DNA of 64,000 nucleotides, taken from the IMG/VR virus record IMGVR_UViG_3300043427_003402. One strand, given 5' to 3'. This DNA is from a virus. A program made the translations under genes and the position numbers. The notes under the pieces are model-generated. The model ran no database searches. It worked only from the letters and a program-made list of their open reading frames with translations, and was not told the origin of the DNA. Each line of letters begins with the position of its first letter. The first letter of the stretch is position 1. This document shows positions 57,271 to 64,000 of the stretch, piece after piece.

Positions 57271-57345
57271 AGCTACCTCTAATAAAGCGAGCACGACAAA
57301 CGCGTCCTTTTAAACGCGCGCGTAGGGGTACCTGCGGCAAACTAC

Positions 57346-60300
57346 CTATTCGATCGAAATCGGATCGTTAATACGAATCCGTCCCTCTCGGTAAGCAGCG
57401 ATTGCCTCCTCTTTTGTCCGGAACCGTGCTACGGGGCTGCTACCCTGCGGCGCGGTCGCCTTCCACAAACCCAGTACCGTCTCTTGCGACGGCACGTGCA
57501 TTGGCGCATGATTTAGTGGGTTAAACAAGTTGTTTGACGGTAACATTTTGTAAACATCCTTGACGCCTTCCGGCGTAACGGGAATGTTCACACCCATCTG
57601 GTCTCCGTCAAAGTCAGCGTTTAAGCCCTTCAGCACCAACGTGTTCATGTGTAAACTCTTTCCGTCAACAATACGGGGCTTCAGCCCCACCAAATTAAAC
57701 TTATGCAAACTAGGTGCGCGGCTCAGGACGAGAGGAGTTTTGGCCATCACGTTTAGCACCGCTTGAGAAGCTGTTGGCGTCTTATCCTCGAAATGGCGGG
57801 CGGCTACCGGCAACGGCATACCGCCCTGAACAAGATCACCTATCGCGTGGTTGCGATAAATTTTCATAGCCATGTCGTGGGGAATTCCAACTTCATCTAT
57901 ACCAAGAGACGGATCGGGAACGATAACCCCGCGGCCAGTAATGTCCTGGCGGCGGCTAAGAAGTTTGCTTTGGAAATAACCATCTTTTGCCTGCCCGCTT
58001 CCTGCAATCACTTTCAGGAACCCTTGTGCAGGTCGTTCACCTCGCATGTTTTCAACCACCGGGTCAAGCCCCTGCACTTTTTCAAACGCCTCGTGTAAAC
58101 CCTTGCGTAGGTCCCGTATCGTGGTAGGGTCGCCGATCTTTTTATGCTCTGTGAGCTGATCGTTGACCAACATCAGCGATTTGTACAGGTGATTTGCGTC
58201 AGATACTACGAGGCGGCCAGTTTCGGAATCAGGGTATATTGGCCGCATAGCGGGAGGAATTACCGGAACGTGATTCAAAATGTAAGCGTCTTGCGGTTTT
58301 AAATCTGCTTGGTCTAAAGCTTTAAGAAACTTTAATTGTTTGTAGATAGCGTCCTTTTTTGAGACAGAATTAGTGCTGTTTACTTCTGAACTTAGTTGTT
58401 TGATCTTAGTCTTTACATCAATCTTTGATAACTGTTCTTTAATGTGTTCGGCGCCGTGGTTGTATAGCGTATCAGCGTATGACTGCTTCGTCAAGCCCAG
58501 CAGCGTACGCGTTGCGTTAGCGAATAAAGGGTTGACAATCGGCTCCGTCAAATTGATGTGCGACCAGCGGTTGCCGACAAGGCCGCCCGTGCTACGGGTG
58601 TCGAAAAGTCCACCCTCTTCGGGACGGTAAGGCAGGCCGGTCGTAGGATCAGGTTTATCGTGCACCGTTAGCGGCTGCGTGACTGCGCCCGAAGACATGG
58701 TTAGCACGTCCTTGTTAGTCATCGGAAGCAGCGCAATCGAGTTGCCTTCCTTTTTAAGGTTCAAGCCCATACCTTGAAGCATACCCTCAAACTTTTTGAA
58801 CGCAAACGTGGGCTTTGCCGGCGGCAGCGGCTTGCCCTGCCACATGGCCTGGAGCACCTCGGGGTTCGCTTCGCTCTTGTGCTGCACGTCCTGTAACAGC
58901 GCACGGCTGCCTTGGGCGAGAAGACTGTACAGGTCAAGCGTGCCGATGCTCTTGGCGCCTTCTTCGCCGCCTTTCGCTGGTCGAAGGTCAATGTCGTACT
59001 CGCCGCCAGACCGCGCGCTAAACCCGGTTTCGGCCTGCTTGAACAGCTTCAGCATGTACATCGGCCCCATCAACGTACGGCCAAGAGAACGCTTCGTAGT
59101 CGGATCAAAAAGCTCCTCGGTTCCATCCGTGCCCGCCTTACGCGCCAGCTCGTTCACTTTTTCCCAGACGTTCCCGGTTTGAAAGTGCGGAAATACTTGC
59201 TGCTTGATTCCAAGCTTCTGTAACGACTTAGCGGCAATCGTCTCGAATATCTGCCCGTTGTTCATACGTGAGGTCAACCCGGCAGAGTTCAGGATCACGT
59301 CGGGGATCTGCCCGTCGGCAGTCCGTGGCGCCTCGTGGTCGGGGATGATTGCAGAGATGACGCCTTTGTTACCGTGCCGACCTGAAAGCTTGTCCCCGAC
59401 CTGCACTGTGGCTTTGGCGGAGATGGCGACTTTTATCCCCTCGGGCGTCTTCTCCACCGCCATGACTTTTCCTTCGTACGGCCGGTCCCACACGACGGCC
59501 TTATTTGCGTAGGGCTGGCGGAAGCCTTTGTTTGCGCGCCCGAGAATCAACTCTTCCGGCGTAACGAGGCGTTTGCGCAAGCCCAACATAATAGGGTCGC
59601 CGTTCGTTAACACCTGCCCGACCTTCACAACGCCGTGCTCATCCACCTTCGCAAAGTGCTTATTTTCAAACTCGGTCGGGAAGTGCGCCTTGAACTTCGC
59701 CAAGTCAAAAACGGAGCGTTCGTCAATGAGCGCCTCTTCGGTGTGCAGGTGCTGGCTGACCAGCTTGTCGGCGCCTTGACGCGTCACCACGATCGCGTCT
59801 TCGTGGTTCAGTCCCTTATACGGCATAAACGCGACGGTTAGATTTTTACCGAGTGCAGCAGCAGCGCCGGTCGTAAAGTTGTTGCCCGCGAGCAACTGCC
59901 CGGGTGTCACCTTGTCGCCAGGCTTGACTTGCAGGTCGCCGTGCAAGAAACTGCCGCCATTCAAGGGAAACTCGTGCGGGTAGTTTACTTTGACGACTTG
60001 CCCTTGGGCGGTCTTCAAATGAATGACACCGGGATCAATTTTGTGAACAGTGCCTGCGGCGGGGCTTCGTACAACGAAGTCTTCCAGCGCGTTACGCGCA
60101 AACGGCGTGTCCACGATTGGCGGTTCGCGGTCCACTAAACTTACTGCCTGCCCCAGCATCTTCGCGCCCATCGCAGCGCGGTGCGCGTGTGTCGACTGGA
60201 TGAACGGCACCATGGTGGTAGACACTGTGAACTGCGAACCTGTCGGAATGCGGTACTGTACGTGCTGCGGCTTGGCGTCAATCACCATACCCTGGTGCAC

Positions 60301-61635
60301 TGCGCGCACCAAGCCGTGCTCTGTCGGCTCCGTATCGTGCGCAACGACCGAGTCGAAGAGTTCAACCGGCGTCTTGAACTCGGGTTTACCTGTCCGTGCG
60401 TTGAGCACGCGGGTCATTAACTGCTTACCCTGCTTCGTAGCACTCAGCGCAAGACGCACGTCCACGCCCGCGCTGGCGTTGTCGGGCGTACGTACGGGGT
60501 CGATAAACCCCATGCTTGATGGGTGAACGGCGCGAACCTCCGAGCCGATCGCGTGGGTATCACCAATTGCGCCCTCGCCCAGAGACGACAGTTTAAACGC
60601 GTTTTCCTTCATCTCAAGCGGGTTAATTTGCATGACGTGGTTAGACTGCGCGGACTGCGTGAAAAACTGATCAATGAACGGCTGCACATACCGGTGGAGG
60701 CCCACGTCCCCCAGCGCTTCGGCTTTATCCACGCGAGGGCGAAGTTTATACGCCAAGTTAAACCGGTTTTTCTCCAGTCGTTCGCGCACGAAATCTTCGA
60801 CGCCGTGAATCTCCGTAAACGCGAGCTGGTCTTTACCCGTCGGGTCTTTTTCTTTCCGGTGCACTGCCAAGACTTGTTTCGCAGCGGCCTGCAGCACGGG
60901 CGCGGTTATTTTGTCGGCCTCAAGGCCTAAAGTTAAACGGTTGACCCCGGGATCCATCTGCACATTGTGAAAATACTCGCGGATATTTGTCCGCAGCTCT
61001 GGCAGCGCCGTCGGCACGGGCTTGTTTGGTTGAATCATGCTGTGCATTGTACTGAGCGCCGCGTGCTCGTCTTTCTCCGAAAACGGCGTGTCGAAAGCCT
61101 TGCCCAAGCCTAAACTGTCGGCACCGAGAACGTGCTTCAGCACTGGGTTTAGCGGAACGCGAGTGTTGCCGAACTTGATGTTGAACTGATTTGCTTCGGG
61201 GTCGAGGGTCAGCGCGAAGTTCCGGCCTTTTGCCAAGTTGAAGTCTGCGACAGCCTCGCCAAGACGATTAACTTTGGTGTACGCTGCCGGCCGCAATCGC
61301 CGTTGCATGTTCACCTGGTACTCCTTACCGTTAATGACAAACGTGTGCCGGTTCGTAGGTGTGGGCAGAAAACCAATCCGCACAACCTTTTTGTCCAGCA
61401 GCTTGTTGTCGGCCCCGTGCATGGCTACAGTGGCCTTGACAGGCACGCCCCAAGTTCCGCCAGACATGATCGCCTGCTTCTGCCCGTTGTAGTCCGTCGG
61501 GTCAGGCATATCCGGCGCGTGAACCTGCGTCACTGTGAGCGTGCGGTTCGCGTTGGTCACCACAGGGAAAGTGTTTTTAACGCCCTCACTGAACTGGTGC
61601 ATCATGGCTTGAAAAGTTTCTTGAGGTGTACGCAC
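57346..61635 (-). CDS. RNA polymerase beta fused to catalytic N-terminal half of beta-prime
   Basis: beta: FVING, VHPS..GFIDP..TPD, RAAMGAKM..QAV, NHEDA, GDKLSGRHGNKG, SRMN.GQ; beta-prime: GGLFD, VIPP.MRP, R.PSLH, NADFDGD, PSQE. Confidence 0.95.
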   Translation of the reverse strand: MRTPQETFQAMMHQFSEGVKNTFPVVTNANRTLTVTQVHAPDMPDPTDYNGQKQAIMSGGTWGVPVKATVAMHGADNKLLDKKVVRIGFLPTPTNRHTFVINGKEYQVNMQRRLRPAAYTKVNRLGEAVADFNLAKGRNFALTLDPEANQFNIKFGNTRVPLNPVLKHVLGADSLGLGKAFDTPFSEKDEHAALSTMHSMIQPNKPVPTALPELRTNIREYFHNVQMDPGVNRLTLGLEADKITAPVLQAAAKQVLAVHRKEKDPTGKDQLAFTEIHGVEDFVRERLEKNRFNLAYKLRPRVDKAEALGDVGLHRYVQPFIDQFFTQSAQSNHVMQINPLEMKENAFKLSSLGEGAIGDTHAIGSEVRAVHPSSMGFIDPVRTPDNASAGVDVRLALSATKQGKQLMTRVLNARTGKPEFKTPVELFDSVVAHDTEPTEHGLVRAVHQGMVIDAKPQHVQYRIPTGSQFTVSTTMVPFIQSTHAHRAAMGAKMLGQAVSLVDREPPIVDTPFARNALEDFVVRSPAAGTVHKIDPGVIHLKTAQGQVVKVNYPHEFPLNGGSFLHGDLQVKPGDKVTPGQLLAGNNFTTGAAAALGKNLTVAFMPYKGLNHEDAIVVTRQGADKLVSQHLHTEEALIDERSVFDLAKFKAHFPTEFENKHFAKVDEHGVVKVGQVLTNGDPIMLGLRKRLVTPEELILGRANKGFRQPYANKAVVWDRPYEGKVMAVEKTPEGIKVAISAKATVQVGDKLSGRHGNKGVISAIIPDHEAPRTADGQIPDVILNSAGLTSRMNNGQIFETIAAKSLQKLGIKQQVFPHFQTGNVWEKVNELARKAGTDGTEELFDPTTKRSLGRTLMGPMYMLKLFKQAETGFSARSGGEYDIDLRPAKGGEEGAKSIGTLDLYSLLAQGSRALLQDVQHKSEANPEVLQAMWQGKPLPPAKPTFAFKKFEGMLQGMGLNLKKEGNSIALLPMTNKDVLTMSSGAVTQPLTVHDKPDPTTGLPYRPEEGGLFDTRSTGGLVGNRWSHINLTEPIVNPLFANATRTLLGLTKQSYADTLYNHGAEHIKEQLSKIDVKTKIKQLSSEVNSTNSVSKKDAIYKQLKFLKALDQADLKPQDAYILNHVPVIPPAMRPIYPDSETGRLVVSDANHLYKSLMLVNDQLTEHKKIGDPTTIRDLRKGLHEAFEKVQGLDPVVENMRGERPAQGFLKVIAGSGQAKDGYFQSKLLSRRQDITGRGVIVPDPSLGIDEVGIPHDMAMKIYRNHAIGDLVQGGMPLPVAARHFEDKTPTASQAVLNVMAKTPLVLSRAPSLHKFNLVGLKPRIVDGKSLHMNTLVLKGLNADFDGDQMGVNIPVTPEGVKDVYKMLPSNNLFNPLNHAPMHVPSQETVLGLWKATAPQGSSPVARFRTKEEAIAAYREGRIRINDPISIE

Positions 61636-61637
61636 GG

Positions 61638-62927
61638 TCAGATGGCCTCCGACGCTTCTACAGCTTCGCCGTTCATCGCTCTGTGCATGTCCTCGAGCTC
61701 TTTTGCTGTGTTAACTTCCTCGGTTGCGGTGAGCCCGTACCTGTCCATGCTTAACGTAGGCACCCGGCTCTGAAAGAAATGCTTCCGCTCGTTGTGCGAC
61801 AGTGCGTTACCGAGCACCCCAGCGGTCATACCCGCCAGCGACGCGTTGGTCGCGGCGTTTAGCACGCGTAAACCGGCGCCTGTTCCAGGTCCCACATGAC
61901 GCGCTAATTCGCGAACGGCCGCGTGTGGGCGCGCTAAACCGTATGCGGCAGCCAGCACGGATGGCCCCGCGGTCATTAAGTAGGGGTGTCGCGCCATAAA
62001 TGGGATGCGCTCCCCTGATTCCTGCTCAAATTTATGTACCGCTTCATCGTGCTTTTTGACACGCGAAACGGCTCGTGTCAACGCGCCAGCTCCAAGCCCG
62101 AGAGCCGCGCCGCCCAGTAAGCCCGCGACGCCGCCCCCGGCGCGCACGGTACCTGCGCCCAGCTCCTTCGCGAGGTCTGGTACATGGCGCACTAGCGCGT
62201 GCGCCGCTGCTAGCCCCGCTAAGCCTCCCAAGGTCGCGCCGCCGGCCGCAAAATTCAAATGCTGACCCCGGCGTGTTGCTGACTCCTCGATGTTTTGCGG
62301 CCGCTCAACCAGCCCGGGGTGCAACAGCCGCGGATCCGCGAGTACCGCAGCTGACTTGCCCATCTGATACGGGGCAAAATAAGCTTCACGAGCCGCCTGT
62401 GCGTAGTTCGCCGCCAGTGGCGTCACCGTGAGCCCGCTAGCGAGCGCCCCAACGCCGGCACCAGCGAGGCGGCCTAGGCCGATACTTGGAGCAGCGAGCG
62501 CGCCCACAGCCGCGCCGGCCAACACTGGTGCGGAGTTGACGAGGTACGGGTGCCTCTCCATAAACGGTAGCACTCGGCCCGTCTGCTGTTCAAACTCATG
62601 AGCCGCCGCTGCGTGGCGGTTGAGCTTATCGTTGAAGCGCTGCGCAACGGCCGTCGCCCACCCTAACCCCCCTCCGATAGCCATAGCCGTTCGTACCGCG
62701 TCTGGGCCGGTAAGCGCCGCTACTCGCCTCGCATTCGCAGGGCTGCTGCCCCAACGAGTACTTGGCAGCAAGCGATTAAGGGCGAAAGTCCCTGCGCCAC
62801 CCAGCGCGGCGCCGACCACTGTACCGAGGAATCTTTTATCCGCGCGCTCCTCGCCCGCCTCTAGCGCGGCTTGGCCTGACGGCTTGGCTGCAAGATTTGG
62901 ATGAAGCAGGATACGATCAAATGACAT
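61638..62927 (-). CDS. glycine-zipper protein, HPY family, two tandem modules
   Basis: two ~190-aa units (DRILLHP/DPRLLHP...Gly zippers...PFMxRHPYL) separated by YQMGKSAA. Confidence 0.75.
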   Translation of the reverse strand: MSFDRILLHPNLAAKPSGQAALEAGEERADKRFLGTVVGAALGGAGTFALNRLLPSTRWGSSPANARRVAALTGPDAVRTAMAIGGGLGWATAVAQRFNDKLNRHAAAAHEFEQQTGRVLPFMERHPYLVNSAPVLAGAAVGALAAPSIGLGRLAGAGVGALASGLTVTPLAANYAQAAREAYFAPYQMGKSAAVLADPRLLHPGLVERPQNIEESATRRGQHLNFAAGGATLGGLAGLAAAHALVRHVPDLAKELGAGTVRAGGGVAGLLGGAALGLGAGALTRAVSRVKKHDEAVHKFEQESGERIPFMARHPYLMTAGPSVLAAAYGLARPHAAVRELARHVGPGTGAGLRVLNAATNASLAGMTAGVLGNALSHNERKHFFQSRVPTLSMDRYGLTATEEVNTAKELEDMHRAMNGEAVEASEAI

Positions 62928-62947
62928 GCTGATCTCCTAGGGCTGGC

Positions 62948-63613
62948 CTACGCCGTATAAATTGAGTCGCTGTCTTCTAGCTCATTTGCACGCAACTTTA
63001 GGTGCGGGAAAGCGTCCGCTAGTTGGTCGCGTCGCATCTTGTTAATGAGCGGCTCCGCTAGGGTGCTCCCGATCGCGGCCCCTAACCCCAACCCCGCTAC
63101 CGGATGCCGCCCTAGCGCGGTGGCGGCGGCCGCGCCAACGGCCATACCCGCCGGCCCCGCGATGAATGGCGCTGCCATGGCTGCAGCGTAAGGGTGCCGC
63201 ACCAAAAAGGGGAGCGGTTTACCGCCATGCGCATAATAGTTATCCACGGCCGCCTGATGCTTGTGGACCTTATCCAGCGTACTGGTGACGGCGTGCGCAC
63301 CTACGCCTGCGATCGAACCAAAAGACGCGCTAACAAGTGGCGCGACCGCATGCGCGTAGCGGGCCAAAACACGCAGGGACGGGTCGCTGACAGTCTTAGG
63401 GATAAGTTTTCGCGCAAGCAGCCCCGCTCCTGCGCCTAGTGACGCCCCTATACCGATTTTCGCTGCAAGGGCTTCGCGGCGATCCGCCAGTTCGTTGAGG
63501 TCCGCCGGAGCGTTGCCTTTCCACGGGTAGCGCAAAATTGTGTCGGGCGCGTAAGGTTCGGGCGGTGCGGCTGCCGCGCGCTTTAAGAGGTACAGGTGAT
63601 AAGGTAACGACAT
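62948..63613 (-). CDS. glycine-zipper protein, HPY family, single module with leader
   Basis: MSLPYHLYLLKRAAA leader; LPFLVRHPY; four Gly/Ala-rich segments. Confidence 0.75.
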   Translation of the reverse strand: MSLPYHLYLLKRAAAAPPEPYAPDTILRYPWKGNAPADLNELADRREALAAKIGIGASLGAGAGLLARKLIPKTVSDPSLRVLARYAHAVAPLVSASFGSIAGVGAHAVTSTLDKVHKHQAAVDNYYAHGGKPLPFLVRHPYAAAMAAPFIAGPAGMAVGAAAATALGRHPVAGLGLGAAIGSTLAEPLINKMRRDQLADAFPHLKLRANELEDSDSIYTA

Positions 63614-63632
63614 CTACTATCCCCTTCCCTCA

Positions 63633-63938
63633 TTATAGGCCAAACATAGACCGGTAGTACCGAAGGTTGGCCAGCTGCACCTCTTGCGGTGTGAGGCGCA
63701 CCTGCGGCGGATTTATTGCGGAAAAGTTCGTCGCGAGCGCGGCTATATCTGCGGCGCTACGCGCCTTGGCTAGGACGGTGAGCGGATGGCTGTTCAACCT
63801 GAATGCACGTAACTGCGACACGGGATCCCCATGCGCGTCTTCCGGAAAAGGCGACGTGGCCGTGTCATTCGATTCCAAGAACCGGTTGGTCGGCAGGTCG
63901 ACGGGGCGGAATATAGAGTAAGCGCTTTTATCTAGCAT
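63633..63938 (-). CDS. hypothetical virion protein
   Basis: start MLDKSA (AAAGGGG RBS). Confidence 0.55.
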   Translation of the reverse strand: MLDKSAYSIFRPVDLPTNRFLESNDTATSPFPEDAHGDPVSQLRAFRLNSHPLTVLAKARSAADIAALATNFSAINPPQVRLTPQEVQLANLRYYRSMFGL

Positions 63939-64000
63939 CGCGTCCCCTTTAAACAGTATTAGCCGTTCCACCGAACACGCCTAAAACTCCACCCACTATG

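Noticed and set aside
50373-61635. Host rpoB/rpoC operon or RNAP pseudogene
   Set aside because: Both ORFs are intact with catalytic motifs, highly divergent, compact and embedded in phage structural genes
1-64000. tRNA/rRNA genes and alternative genetic code
   Set aside because: No cloverleaf with T-loop consensus seen in the few intergenic gaps; long genes are open in the standard code and TAA, TAG and TGA are all used as stops

Overview
Segment of a large tailed (myovirus-like, probably jumbo) bacteriophage genome, densely coding, with no tRNA, rRNA or CRISPR array visible. 1-6.7 kb is a minus-strand early/accessory operon of small ORFs and a PNK-type kinase, with strikingly structured intergenic DNA: a 3-copy ~190-bp tandem array (H-type pseudoknot + ~60-bp G-U-rich hairpin), three more related pseudoknots and a folded leader. 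7.4-49 kb is virion morphogenesis: baseplate J, gp25-like wedge, spike, probable portal, sheath, two tube paralogues, neck, major capsid, prohead protease, scaffold-like paralogues and an intein-containing terminase, plus a sigma-70-like factor. 50-64 kb holds an unusually split multisubunit RNA polymerase (beta fused to the catalytic N-half of beta-prime, with a separate beta-prime C-half), a SNF2 helicase, an intein-containing class II ribonucleotide reductase and glycine-zipper proteins. Best novelty candidates: (1) the pseudoknot-capped structured RNA cassettes, (2) a K-x-A leader/cleavage code shared by about 20 predicted head proteins, including modular glycine-zipper polyproteins and the helicase, (3) the split RNAP + SNF2 transcription module, (4) a Thr-initiated intein in the terminase Walker A. 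All product calls come from motif recognition by eye; no database searches were run.
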